37,373 nt of DNA from Chloroflexota bacterium (GCA_034659515.1 JAYEHL010000184.1:1-37373); one strand, 5' to 3'; numbered from the stretch's first letter, positions 11,958-21,220 are shown. Notes: generated by a model not told the origin, from the sequence alone. Translations and numbers: made by a program.

Positions 11958-12098
11958 TCAGGACTTCCCGATGCGGAATACCTTTGTACCGCACTTGGGG
12001 CAAACGCCCTTTGTCGCCGGCCTGCCGTTCTTCAGTGTCACTTTCTGGGCGTTTTTGATGTCTACCTTGGCCCTGCACTTGAAACAGTATGCCTGCAT
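11958..12098 (-). CDS. 46-aa zinc-ribbon protein (DUF5679-like)
   Basis: Hand translation of the - strand gives MQAYCFKCRAKVDIKNAQKVTLKNGRPATKGVCPKCGTKVFRIGKS, with a CxxC...CxxC pattern. GGAGG lies 7 nt upstream of the ATG (CAT 12096-12098). Below the ORF-track cutoff. The family name is from memory. Confidence 0.65.
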   Translation of the reverse strand: MQAYCFKCRAKVDIKNAQKVTLKNGRPATKGVCPKCGTKVFRIGKS

Positions 12099-12176
12099 TT
12101 ACTTCACCTCCTTTTAATCCTGTTGAACTATAAACCCAATCTATATAGGTGTCAAGCCTTTTTAAACTGCTTCATA

Positions 12177-13097
12177 CTACTTTATTTTAATATGGAATAC
12201 CTTGTCTGGCTGCCAGAGCCCTGTGTCCAAGTCTATACGGAGCAATGCTATCAATTCTCCCTCCGGAGAATAGGCACGGCAGCGGTTTGCATCACTGTCG
12301 ATGTGCAACTGTACAGGGCGTCCGTTCAGTACCGCCTGTTTGTGCTCACCGTCGATTATCGCTACGGCCCAGTCCTGTATAGCGAAGTCCATCGGATACA
12401 GCAATTCCTGCCAGTAGCCGTTACGGAAGGAGTCCTCAAGTTGTGGCAGCGTTAAGCTTTCTTCGATACTGAACGGGCCGTATGTCGTTCGTACCAGTGA
12501 CGAGATGTGGGCTCCGCAGGCTACCGATTGGCCGATATCGTGCGCCAGGGAGCGAATGTAGGTTCCCTTACCGCACTCCACCTCGATGATGAAACAAGGC
12601 GGTTGCCAGTCGAGCAGTTCTAATCGATGTACTTCTACCTCTCTCTCATCGATCTCGACCTCGATCCCTGCTCTGGCGAGTTCGTATAGACGCCTGCCCC
12701 GGCGTTTCAGCGCGCTGTATGCTGGGGGTTTCTGCATAATCCTGCCGGTGAGCGAGGGAATCAGCTCTTCGATTTGGACTCTGTTTATATGGTAAGGGTC
12801 GTACTCGTGAGTGATCGTTCCCTCTGCATCATATGTATCGGTTGATATGCCCAGTGTGATTTCGGCTATGTAGGTCTTTGGGAATTCCATTATGTAGGAA
12901 CTCATCCTCGTCGCCTGCCCGAGGCACACCGGCAGCACTCCGGTGGCCATGGGGTCTAACGTACCGGCGTGTCCTACCTGGCGTTGTCCACTGAGACGTC
13001 TGATAATTGCGACGATGTCTTGGGACGTTTTACAGGGGGGTTTATTGATATTGAGGATGCCGTTAATGGCTGTTTTCGCTTTCTCCGCTGCGGACAT
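12177..13097 (-). CDS. truB: tRNA pseudouridine(55) synthase
   Basis: Catalytic motif GHAGTLDPMATGVL and a PUA-like C-terminus. Follows rbfA. Confidence 0.92.
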   Translation of the reverse strand: MSAAEKAKTAINGILNINKPPCKTSQDIVAIIRRLSGQRQVGHAGTLDPMATGVLPVCLGQATRMSSYIMEFPKTYIAEITLGISTDTYDAEGTITHEYDPYHINRVQIEELIPSLTGRIMQKPPAYSALKRRGRRLYELARAGIEVEIDEREVEVHRLELLDWQPPCFIIEVECGKGTYIRSLAHDIGQSVACGAHISSLVRTTYGPFSIEESLTLPQLEDSFRNGYWQELLYPMDFAIQDWAVAIIDGEHKQAVLNGRPVQLHIDSDANRCRAYSPEGELIALLRIDLDTGLWQPDKVFHIKIK

Positions 13098-13425
13098 CTT
13101 CCATTACTCCGAGGATATGGGCGCCTTGCTCTATCGAGTCGTCTCTGTGAAAAACCAGTTGTGGCGTGTGTCTTAGCGATAATCGCCCCTTGAGCTCGCG
13201 ATACAGGAATCCTGATGCTGACTCCAGTCCGGCCATCGCGTTCTTCTTCTCTTCATCGCTGCCCATAACGCTGATGTATATCTTAGCGTGTCGCAAGTCG
13301 GGGCTGGTATCGACGCGGGTTACCGTCAGGAAACAGCTGAGTCTGGGGTCTTTGACGTTGCGGCGGATGAGGTCGCTCAGCTCCTCCTGTATCAGGTCGT
13401 TCAGGCGCAAGGTGCGTCTGCTCAT
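13063..13425 (-). CDS. rbfA: ribosome-binding factor A
   Basis: The real start is the internal ATG (CAT 13423-13425), two nt after the infB stop. MSRRTLRLNDLIQEELSDLIRRNVKDPRL...VTRVDTSPDLRHAKIYISV. Confidence 0.9.
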   Translation of the reverse strand: MSRRTLRLNDLIQEELSDLIRRNVKDPRLSCFLTVTRVDTSPDLRHAKIYISVMGSDEEKKNAMAGLESASGFLYRELKGRLSLRHTPQLVFHRDDSIEQGAHILGVMEDVRSGESENSH

Positions 13426-13427
13426 TA

Positions 13428-15284
13428 CTAAGCTGCTTCCTTTTTGTAGGATTCGATGGTGTCGCCCTCTTCGAAGTCGACGAATCCACTGATGCCTATA
13501 CCACACTCGAATCCGCTGGTAACCTCGCGGGCGTCGTCCTTGAACCTCTTGAGGCTGCTTATGTTGGACTGATGGATCACATTGCCATTACGCAGCACTC
13601 TTGCTGTTGCTCCACGTATTATCTTGCCGTCGGTGATGTAAGAACCCGCTACGATGCCGGCCCTTGTTTTGAACACGGCACGAACATCGGCGCGCCCCTC
13701 GACCACCTCTACGTAGGTAGGATCGAGCAGCCCTGTCATCACCTTCTCTATATCCTCCACGAGTTTATATATGATATCGTAGTAGCGGATATCTAGCCCC
13801 TCCCTGTCGGCGATCTGTACGGCCCCCGTCTCCGTGCGCGTGTTGAATCCCAGGATGATGCCGTTGGATGCCAATGCCAGCAGCACGTCGCTCTCGGTGA
13901 TACTGCCGCTGTCGGCGTGTAGTAAATTCACCTTGACCGCGTCCGTGTTGAGGCGTTCGAGGGATGTCTTTATCGGCTCCACGCTTCCCTGCACATCGGT
14001 CTTGAGGATGATGTTGAGATCCTTCATCTCGCCTTCGCTGATCTGGGAGAACAGGTTGCTGAGACTGACCTGCTTGGCGGCGTTCCTCTTGATGCGCTTC
14101 TGCTCCCGGCGATTTTCGGCGAGGGTGCGGGCCTCCTTCTCCGAATTGGTTACGGTGAGGATGTCTCCCGCATCGGGCACGCTGTCCGCTCCCAGTATCT
14201 CCACCGGGCTGGAGGGTTCGGCTTTGCGGAACTGCTTTCCCTTATCGCTGAATATCGCTTTCACCTTGCCCCATGTGTCGCCTACGACGAAGGACTCGCC
14301 GACCCTCAGGGTTCCCGTTTCGATCAGCACAGTGGTTACCGGCCCCTTGCTCTTGTCAATCTTGGCTTCGACGACGACGCCGATGGCGCGGCGGTCGGGG
14401 TTGGCCTTCAGGTCTTCGATCTCGGCGACGATGAGCAGGTTCTCCAGTAGATCGTCGATGCCCTCCTTGGCCTTGGCCGATACCGGTACGCAGATCACGT
14501 CCCCTCCCCACTCCTCGATGAGCACGCCGTGATCGGCTAGCTGCTGCTTGACGCGCTGCGGGTTGGCCTCCGGCTTGTCGATCTTGTTGATGGCTACGAC
14601 GATGGGAACGTCCGCGGCCTTGACGTGGGCGATCGCCTCAATGGTCTGCGGCATGACGCCGTCGTCCGCAGCGACCACCAGCACGGCGATGTCGGTTACC
14701 TGTGCGCCGCGGGCCCTCATGGCCGTGAAGGCTTCGTGGCCGGGCGTGTCTAGGAACGTGATCTTCTGGCCGTGTATCTCCACCTGGTATGCGCCTATAT
14801 GCTGCGTTATCTCGCCGGCCTCGGTCGCGGCCACGTTAGCCTGGCGTATGGCGTCCAACAGCTTGGTCTTGCCGTGATCGACATGTCCCATGATAGTGAC
14901 CACGGGCGGGCGCGGCTTCAGCAGGGCGAGATCGTCTTCAAGGAAGTGGCGGGACCTCTTGCGCTTGTATGAGGTGACGGCTGCCGTCCGCTTCTCCGCG
15001 ATCACCTCGTAGCCGAAGCTCGCTGCCAGACTGGCCGCCGTGTCGAAATCGATGACCTGGTTGACGTTGGCCATGATGCCGTTTCTCATCAGCTGCTTGA
15101 TCATATCGATCTGGTTTGCCTCAACGAGCTCGGCCAGCTGCTTCACAGTGATGGAGGCAGGCAGCTTTATAGCGGACTTTACAGCGGGCGCCTCCTCCCG
15201 TCCCTTGTGACGGGTGTCCTCACTTTGTGTACGTGTCCTGCCTCGTCTCCTGGGGCTTCTTCTGACGCCATGCGTTCTTGCCAT
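13428..15284 (-). CDS. infB: translation initiation factor IF-2 (short N-terminus)
   Basis: G-domain motifs [16 protein letters not shown] and NKIDK. 618 aa. Confidence 0.95.
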   Translation of the reverse strand: MARTHGVRRSPRRRGRTRTQSEDTRHKGREEAPAVKSAIKLPASITVKQLAELVEANQIDMIKQLMRNGIMANVNQVIDFDTAASLAASFGYEVIAEKRTAAVTSYKRKRSRHFLEDDLALLKPRPPVVTIMGHVDHGKTKLLDAIRQANVAATEAGEITQHIGAYQVEIHGQKITFLDTPGHEAFTAMRARGAQVTDIAVLVVAADDGVMPQTIEAIAHVKAADVPIVVAINKIDKPEANPQRVKQQLADHGVLIEEWGGDVICVPVSAKAKEGIDDLLENLLIVAEIEDLKANPDRRAIGVVVEAKIDKSKGPVTTVLIETGTLRVGESFVVGDTWGKVKAIFSDKGKQFRKAEPSSPVEILGADSVPDAGDILTVTNSEKEARTLAENRREQKRIKRNAAKQVSLSNLFSQISEGEMKDLNIILKTDVQGSVEPIKTSLERLNTDAVKVNLLHADSGSITESDVLLALASNGIILGFNTRTETGAVQIADREGLDIRYYDIIYKLVEDIEKVMTGLLDPTYVEVVEGRADVRAVFKTRAGIVAGSYITDGKIIRGATARVLRNGNVIHQSNISSLKRFKDDAREVTSGFECGIGISGFVDFEEGDTIESYKKEAA

Positions 15285-15293
15285 ATGTCTCCA

Positions 15294-15590
15294 CTATCCA
15301 GGCAGCGTTTCCCCGTATCGGGCCAGCTCTTGTCTGCCCTCTGCGCTTATTTTTGTCCGCAGGGATCGATCCAAGCGATCCTTTTTAAGGCCGCTCTCCC
15401 AGCAGGACCTCGATTTGCATAGATATACCCCGCGCCCCGCTCTCCTCCCCGTGGCGTCTATCACAACGCCGTCGCTATCCGTGCCTACGATACGGATAAG
15501 CTCCCCCTTGGGCCTCGCTCGGCGGCATCCCACACAGGTGCGCTCGGGGACGCGTTTCGGGCGCGAGCTCTGTTTACTAACATTCATCAC
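15294..15590 (-). CDS. ylxR: YlxR/RnpM family RNA-binding protein (DUF448)
   Basis: RTCVGCRRARPKGELIRIV...GRGVYLC. Canonical position between nusA and infB. Confidence 0.88.
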   Translation of the reverse strand: MMNVSKQSSRPKRVPERTCVGCRRARPKGELIRIVGTDSDGVVIDATGRRAGRGVYLCKSRSCWESGLKKDRLDRSLRTKISAEGRQELARYGETLPG

Positions 15591-15604
15591 ATTACATTTC
15601 AGGA

Positions 15605-17287
15605 TTAATCCGGGCCGGCTACCTCGTTAGCGGTCTCGATCGACCCCTTTTTATCCTTCGTTTTCCCCTTGACATTCTTTTTAACCTTCTTGGCGGGCTT
15701 GCTGGCCGCCTCTATCAAGATATCGTCCCTGAGGGCGATGTCGATTTCCTCTTCGGGCGGCAGCTCTCTTTCGATGGGAAGCGCCAGATCCAATTCAGCC
15801 TCATCGATGCGGATATCCGCCGCTCGCCGGACCTTCGGCTTGGGAGAAGCTTTCGCTGTCTCTTCCTCCTTCGCCTTACCCTTACCTTTCTTGCCCTTTT
15901 TAGCGGGCTTTGGCACGCGGCTGGGGAGTAGTATATCCTCGGCGAAGCGTATGACCGGCATATGCGGCTCCGTGGGCTGCGGTGCCTCTTTTACTTTTTC
16001 GTACGGGGAAGCGAATTCCTCCGGCGCGGGCACGGCGAGCTCTTCCTCGACCGGCTCTACCACGTCGATAATCTCCATCGCCTCATCCGGCGCGGCCTCC
16101 TCCGCCTCCGCGAACGTCTGTAACTCTTCGGCCTCTCCTGGCTCTTCGAACTCGACTTCCTCGAATGCCTCGGGAACCGCTATCTCCTCGGCAGTCTCCT
16201 CTATTTCGTCCGTTGCCGTTTTTTCCGTTGCTTGTTTCTCCGCCTCCGCTACAGATGTGCTCTTGATGTCTATCCGCCACCCTGTGAGCTTGGCCGCAAG
16301 CCTAGCGTTCTGTCCCTCCCTGCCGATGGCCAGCGATAGTTGGCGGTCGGGCACTACTACTACGGCGACATTTTCGTCAGTGTTTATAGCAACGTTTTCC
16401 ACCTGCGCCGGGCTGAGGGCATTGGCGATGAACAGTGCCGGGTCGGCATCCCACTCCACAACGTCTATCTTCTCTCCGCTGAGTTCATTGACGATATTCT
16501 GTATCCTAATTCCGCGTAGTCCCACGCACGAGCCTATGGGGTCTATGCCCTCCTGGCGTGCGGCTACGGCGACCTTGCTCCTCTGTCCCGCCTCCCTGGC
16601 GATGGACTTAAGCTCTATGGCGCCCTGGTGTATCTCCGGCACCTCGAGTTCAAGCAACCTTCTGAGGAGATTGTGGTGCGTACGGGATACGACGATTTGA
16701 GGGCCCTTGGCGGTGCGATGTACTCCCAGGATGTAGACCTTGACCCGCTGGCCGGAGCGGTAATGCTCCATGCGCACCTGCTCGGTGGAGGGAAGTATGC
16801 CCTCGGTCCTGCCGAGGTCGAGGGTGATCTGTCTGGGCTCGATGCGCTGCACTATGCCGGTAACGATCTCGTTCTCGCGGTCGGAGAATTCCTCGAATAC
16901 GATCTCCCGCTCCGCCTCGCGCAGGCGCTGCAGTACCACCTGTTTGGCCGTCTGCGCTGCTATACGCCCAGCGTTCTGTGGGGTGGCCTCCACCATTATC
17001 TCTTCGTTGAGCTGGGCGTACTTATTTATCCTGCGCGCATCCTCCAGCGATATCTCGCGGGTGGGGCTGGTAGCCTCTTCCACCACCAGCAGTCCGGCGA
17101 ACACGGAGACCTGTCCTGTCTCCGGGTTGAGTTTGGCGGAGACGCTCTGGTTGGGTGCGAAGTTGTTCTTTCGGAACGCCGATGCCAAAGCGCTCTCGAC
17201 TGCCTCGAGCACTACCTCTTTAGGCAGATTCTTCTCTGCAGCCAGCTGGGTGATGGCGAGCATGAATTCGCTCTTGGTCTTACCCAA
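15605..17287 (-). CDS. nusA: transcription termination/antitermination factor NusA with ~215-aa acidic/lysine-rich C-terminal tail
   Basis: TTG start (CAA 17285-17287) with AGGAGGG upstream. NTD, S1 and two KH domains ([19 protein letters not shown]; [23 protein letters not shown]). The tail begins around aa 345. Confidence 0.93.
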   Translation of the reverse strand: MGKTKSEFMLAITQLAAEKNLPKEVVLEAVESALASAFRKNNFAPNQSVSAKLNPETGQVSVFAGLLVVEEATSPTREISLEDARRINKYAQLNEEIMVEATPQNAGRIAAQTAKQVVLQRLREAEREIVFEEFSDRENEIVTGIVQRIEPRQITLDLGRTEGILPSTEQVRMEHYRSGQRVKVYILGVHRTAKGPQIVVSRTHHNLLRRLLELEVPEIHQGAIELKSIAREAGQRSKVAVAARQEGIDPIGSCVGLRGIRIQNIVNELSGEKIDVVEWDADPALFIANALSPAQVENVAINTDENVAVVVVPDRQLSLAIGREGQNARLAAKLTGWRIDIKSTSVAEAEKQATEKTATDEIEETAEEIAVPEAFEEVEFEEPGEAEELQTFAEAEEAAPDEAMEIIDVVEPVEEELAVPAPEEFASPYEKVKEAPQPTEPHMPVIRFAEDILLPSRVPKPAKKGKKGKGKAKEEETAKASPKPKVRRAADIRIDEAELDLALPIERELPPEEEIDIALRDDILIEAASKPAKKVKKNVKGKTKDKKGSIETANEVAGPD

Positions 17288-17301
17288 AGTACCCTCCTAA
17301 T

Positions 17302-17328
17302 GAAAAAAGTGGGAGAGAAAACCCACTT
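17302..17328 (-). terminator. hairpin plus T-tract between proS and nusA (intrinsic terminator or attenuator)
   Basis: The - strand reads AAGTGGG-TTTTCTCT-CCCACTT-TTTTCA: a 7-bp stem (17307-17313 / 17322-17328) followed by a T-run that ends 4 nt before the nusA SD. Confidence 0.45.
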
Positions 17329-17537
17329 CCTTCCAGCTCGTTATATTGAAGTTATTCGGGTCTGGTTCTAGTCGAGCTCAATAGCGAAGTTATTATAGCA
17401 TAAATTATGTGTAGCTGCAATAGCGTCGTTTTGGAATTCGTTGACGATGGTGTGGCATAGGCGATTCATCGCGGGAGTGTTGCTTCGATATTGCGCTTAT
17501 ATCGTGTCGATGAGTGTCCGGTTATACAGATTTCGCG

Positions 17538-19238
17538 CTATTTCGGGAGGAGTATGTCGCGCAATTTTTCGACAACGCCTTCGAGGGGCATGATCGTCGA
17601 TTCCTTCTCGTGCCGCAGCTTAACCTCGACGCTCGTGTTCTTGAGCGTTCTCGGGCTGACTACAACTCTTATGGGCATTCCCAGCAGGTCGGCGTCGTTG
17701 AGCTTGACGCCGGGTGACTCGACTCGATCATCGTACAGGACATCGATTCCGGCGGCGGAGAGATCGGCGTATAGTTTATCGGCGGTCTCAATAACATCCT
17801 CGTTGTCGGTCGACAGCGGACAGAGGTATGCCTGGTAGGGGGCTATCGGCGCGGGCCAGATAATGCCCTTCTCATCGTTGTTTTGCTCTATGGCGGCGGC
17901 CAGCAGCCTGCCGATGCCGATGCCGTAGCAGCCCATGATGACGGGGTGGGATGCGCCCTCGCGGTCGAGGAAGTTGGCCCCCATGCGCTCGCTGAAGAAG
18001 GTGCCCAGCTTGAACACGTGCCCCACTTCGATGCCCTTGACGGCATTCAGCGTTGCGCCGCATTTCGGGCAGCCCTCGCCCGCCCTGGCGGTGGCGATGT
18101 CGATCAACAGGTCGACCTCGAAGTCGCGCGGGTAGTTTACGTTCTTTACGTGTGCACCGGCCTTGTTGGCTCCGGCGACGAAGTTGGCTCCCATCGTTAT
18201 CGATTGATCGGCGACGCGTTTTATGCCCTGCAGCCCTATCGGCGAGGCGTATCCGGCCACCAGACCGGTGGCGGCGACCTCCTCCCCGGTGGCAAGACGC
18301 AGCTCGTGGCAGCCGATGGCGTTCTTCAACTTGACCTCGTTGACCTCTATGTCGCCGCGTATGGATACGTATATGACTGCGCCGTCGCAGGAGTATAACA
18401 CCGCCTTGAGTGTCTTGCCCGGCGGTACGGAGAGGAAGTTCGCCACCTCCTCGATGGTTTTCATCCCCGGCGTGGCTATCTCCTCCATCGGCAGCGGTTC
18501 ACTCGAGTCGTTCTTATGCTTGACGCTCTCCGCCCGCTCGACGTTGGCGGTGTAGTTGCAGGAAGGGCAGTTGATGATAACATCCTCGCCGCTGTCGGCG
18601 ACGACCATGAACTCGTGGGATTCCTTGCCGCCGATAGCGCCGCTGTCGGCCTCGGCGATGAGGAATTGCAGGCCGCAGCGCTCGTATATCCGTTTGTACG
18701 CTTCGATCACTTTGCTATAAGTCGAGTTGAGCGATTCGGCGTCGGCGTCGAAGCTGTACATGTCCTTCATGCCGAATTCGCGCACGCGCAGCAGTCCCCC
18801 TCTAGGGCGAGGCTCGTCGCGGAACTTGGTCTGTATCTGATACAGCATAAGCGGCAGGTCGCGGTAGCTTTGTACGTTGTGCCTCACCAAATCGGTGATG
18901 ATCTCCTCGTGCGTTGGGCCCAGCACCAGCGTGCGCTCGCGACGGTCGTTCAGCGTGAACATCGTCTTGCCGAAGGCGAGGTTGCGCTCGGTATCGACCC
19001 ACATCTCGTAGGGCTGGAGCACCGGCATTTGCAGCTCCTGCGCTCCGATGGCGTTAAGCTCATCGCGCATGATGTTCTCGATCTTTTGGATGGCTCGCAG
19101 GCACACCGGCATGTAGCTGTACACGCCCGATGCCAGCTGCTGGATCATGCCGGCCTTGAGCAGGAGCTGGTGGCTGATGTTCTCCGCCTCCGCCGGTGTT
19201 TGCCTGAGCGTCTTGCCGAATAACTGCGATACTTTCAT
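17538..19238 (-). CDS. proS: proline--tRNA ligase (bacterial type with INS editing domain)
   Basis: Class II motifs (RPRGGLLRVREFGMKDMYSF; GCYGIGIGRL), a central insertion domain and a C-terminal anticodon-binding domain. 566 aa. Confidence 0.95.
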   Translation of the reverse strand: MKVSQLFGKTLRQTPAEAENISHQLLLKAGMIQQLASGVYSYMPVCLRAIQKIENIMRDELNAIGAQELQMPVLQPYEMWVDTERNLAFGKTMFTLNDRRERTLVLGPTHEEIITDLVRHNVQSYRDLPLMLYQIQTKFRDEPRPRGGLLRVREFGMKDMYSFDADAESLNSTYSKVIEAYKRIYERCGLQFLIAEADSGAIGGKESHEFMVVADSGEDVIINCPSCNYTANVERAESVKHKNDSSEPLPMEEIATPGMKTIEEVANFLSVPPGKTLKAVLYSCDGAVIYVSIRGDIEVNEVKLKNAIGCHELRLATGEEVAATGLVAGYASPIGLQGIKRVADQSITMGANFVAGANKAGAHVKNVNYPRDFEVDLLIDIATARAGEGCPKCGATLNAVKGIEVGHVFKLGTFFSERMGANFLDREGASHPVIMGCYGIGIGRLLAAAIEQNNDEKGIIWPAPIAPYQAYLCPLSTDNEDVIETADKLYADLSAAGIDVLYDDRVESPGVKLNDADLLGMPIRVVVSPRTLKNTSVEVKLRHEKESTIMPLEGVVEKLRDILLPK

Positions 19239-19250
19239 TGTCCGGTCCTT

Positions 19251-19409
19251 CTACTTTTCGTCCGTGCCGATTTCCCGTTTTGCGGGCAGTGTCGTTGGAA
19301 TGTTGTAGATGATGATCGCGATCAGCACGACGAGCGCGCCGATGGGCAGCGCCGCCAGCGCTATTATTATTTTAATGAGGCTGAGCGGTAATTTAAACAG
19401 GGTTTTCAT
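19251..19409 (-). CDS. hypothetical 52-aa single-pass membrane peptide
   Basis: Hand translation gives MKTLFKLPLSLIKIIIALAALPIGALVVLIAIIIYNIPTTLPAKREIGTDEK. The stop lies 12 nt upstream of the proS ATG. No clear SD. Below the ORF-track cutoff. Confidence 0.35.
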   Translation of the reverse strand: MKTLFKLPLSLIKIIIALAALPIGALVVLIAIIIYNIPTTLPAKREIGTDEK

Positions 19410-19487
19410 CATAAGTCAACTGCTATTTAGATTATATACTATCTTATTATGTTTCTGATCAATGTTACAGAGATTATACACTTGTCT

Positions 19488-20321
19488 CTATGAAAAATAA
19501 CGTTTAGATATTCCAGTTTTTCTTTCGCCGAGGCTTAGCTCGGCAACTGCATCATCAATTGCTCTCAAAATCTTTATTATCGTATTACATAGGTATGTTA
19601 GCTCAGAAACATCTGCTTTCTTTGAAGATTCGTCCTTTGGTTTGTAGCCATGCCTGTACATTTCCATTTTGGCCATGCAACGGCCCAATGCGTGTTGGAA
19701 ATGATTAAAAATGCGAATGACTGGTCTCAAGTCATCCAATGTGCCTTGATGATATAACATTTCTCTTGACATATTTTGAGTAAATTGATCTATGCCAAAT
19801 ATCGAAGGGTAAAAAGAGAACACGTCGAATTTATCTATATCGATTAAATCTAATCTAAGCGCTTCATTTTTCAGAATGTTTAGAAATTCATCAAAGTTAT
19901 CGTGTGTCTTGCAGATTCTAAAAAAGAGGGCTTCTCGTGTAGGGTTTGGTTGCTTAAAGTAGTTCGCAAAATCAAGAGCGATGGCTTGTATTAAAAATGT
20001 GAGTTGAAATGACATTTCATCAAGGATTTCTTTTTGAATGTCTCTTCGGCGTTCTCTCTCCTTGCGGTCTCTTTCGCGCCTATAGCGGTCGACGAAGAAA
20101 TAGGCAATACCGAGGGTTAAAAACGCGCCAATAATGGATGCGACAAGGCTTTCTTTAAAAGTATTACTCAAATATACACTGGGTAGCACTAATAGTAATA
20201 TGGATGCGACGACAAATGAAATGAATAAAAGAACCCCTTTCTTATCTTTAGGAGTTTTATCTCCTGAGACCTTGCAAACTCTTTGAATAATGGTTTTTTT
20301 CTTTTGTGGTTTTTCTGCCAT
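19488..20321 (-). CDS. hypothetical protein: N-terminal 2-TM hairpin, R/E-rich linker, helical domain of unknown family
   Basis: ATG 20321 with AAGGTGG upstream. TM1 is LLFISFVVASILLLVLPSVYL and TM2 is LVASIIGAFLTLGIAYFFV, followed by RYRRERDRKERERRRD. The gene is strongly AT-rich compared with its neighbours. Confidence 0.6.
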   Translation of the reverse strand: MAEKPQKKKTIIQRVCKVSGDKTPKDKKGVLLFISFVVASILLLVLPSVYLSNTFKESLVASIIGAFLTLGIAYFFVDRYRRERDRKERERRRDIQKEILDEMSFQLTFLIQAIALDFANYFKQPNPTREALFFRICKTHDNFDEFLNILKNEALRLDLIDIDKFDVFSFYPSIFGIDQFTQNMSREMLYHQGTLDDLRPVIRIFNHFQHALGRCMAKMEMYRHGYKPKDESSKKADVSELTYLCNTIIKILRAIDDAVAELSLGERKTGISKRYFS

Positions 20322-20395
20322 CAGCCACCTTTATAGCTTTGCATAACTCTGGGCCGTCCGGTAAAGCCGGATGATGACGTTGGGTCAATTCGCTG

Positions 20396-20600
20396 TAATC
20401 CCCCTTAGTCCCCCTTTGAGAAAGGGGGATTTTAAGGTTCTCTTCGTAGGGGCGTCTGATCGGCCAACTAGCCTGAATAGGGTGAGACGAATCTCGCCTC
20501 TACATCTCAACGTCCCTTGCGGCTTCGGCGCTTCCCCCTCTTTGCCAAAGAGGGGGTTAGGGGGAGTTCGATAACCCGTCATCGCCCGGATTGATCGGGC
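20396..20600. repeat. mosaic hairpin repeat, composite copy A (module 1 at 20396-20439, module 2 at 20531-20570, module 3 at 20580-20600)
   Basis: Module 1 is TAATCCCCCTTAGTCCCCCTTTGaGAAAGGGGGA-TTTTAAGGTT. Module 2 is CTTCCCCCTCTTTGcCAAAGAGGGGGTTAGGGGGAGTTCG, an 11-bp perfect stem. Module 3 is CATCGCCCGgATTGATCGGGC. All three recur at 24019-24241. Confidence 0.85.
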
Positions 20601-20608
20601 GCTCCGGT

Positions 20609-21193
20609 TCATAACCGCTTGCGCTGCTTCACAACCTGCTGCCAGAACTCGTGCTCGGTATCGAGCATCCGTTCAATGTAACTGTCGTCTCGCGCTACGC
20701 TGATATGAACCTCCGGGAGGTTCGGCAGATAGCACCAGAACTCGATTACTTGCAGCTCGGTAACGGCCAGGATGTGCTGCAGCTGACCGAAGTAATACTT
20801 CGGCACTTTTTTAGTAGCCGAAGATTTGCGATACACGCTCTCCCCGCACTTGATCTCCACCACCGCGCTTCCGTCGGTCGCCAATCCGTCTACGCTGGCC
20901 CGCAGCCATTCATACTTTGTGCTTTGCAGGCAGGCGGCTGCCACACGAACGCCGAACTTGCTCTCGTAACGTTTTCGCGCCTCCGGCTCAAGCCTGGTGC
21001 CGCGAGCCATAGCGGCGTTGGGGCCGTACACTTTCCCCTCGCACTTCTCTTGCAGCAGATAGTTCGCGCTCTTCCAGGGGTTCTCGCCCATGATCGCAGG
21101 GGCGTCGGATGCGCCTATGCCCTGGCTGCGCCATTCGAGCCAGGCGGGCGTGCCTTGCCGGAGGTTTACGATTGTGTAAGGTGTGTTATTCAT
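20609..21193 (-). CDS. YqaJ-like viral-recombinase-type exonuclease (PD-(D/E)XK)
   Basis: GTPAWLEWRSQGIGASDAPAIMG, GTRLEPEARKRYE and SVDGL....VVEIKC match the YqaJ / lambda-exonuclease-like layout. 194 aa. Confidence 0.75.
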   Translation of the reverse strand: MNNTPYTIVNLRQGTPAWLEWRSQGIGASDAPAIMGENPWKSANYLLQEKCEGKVYGPNAAMARGTRLEPEARKRYESKFGVRVAAACLQSTKYEWLRASVDGLATDGSAVVEIKCGESVYRKSSATKKVPKYYFGQLQHILAVTELQVIEFWCYLPNLPEVHISVARDDSYIERMLDTEHEFWQQVVKQRKRL

Positions 21194-21220
21194 GTCGTTT
21201 TTCTAGCCTACCATAATCGC

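Noticed and set aside
11890-12078. 62-aa ORF on the - strand listed in the track
   Set aside because: It is in the wrong frame. The overlapping 46-aa zinc-ribbon frame (11958..12098) has an SD, a CxxC...CxxC pattern and a protein-like sequence, whereas this ORF is Arg/Gly/Gln-rich filler.
20371-20612. ORFs 20371..20574 (+) and 20385..20612 (-), and also 24185..24526 (+)
   Set aside because: They are translations of the hairpin repeat modules (PLSPPLRKGD-type strings), they occur on both strands of the same DNA, and they have no start context.
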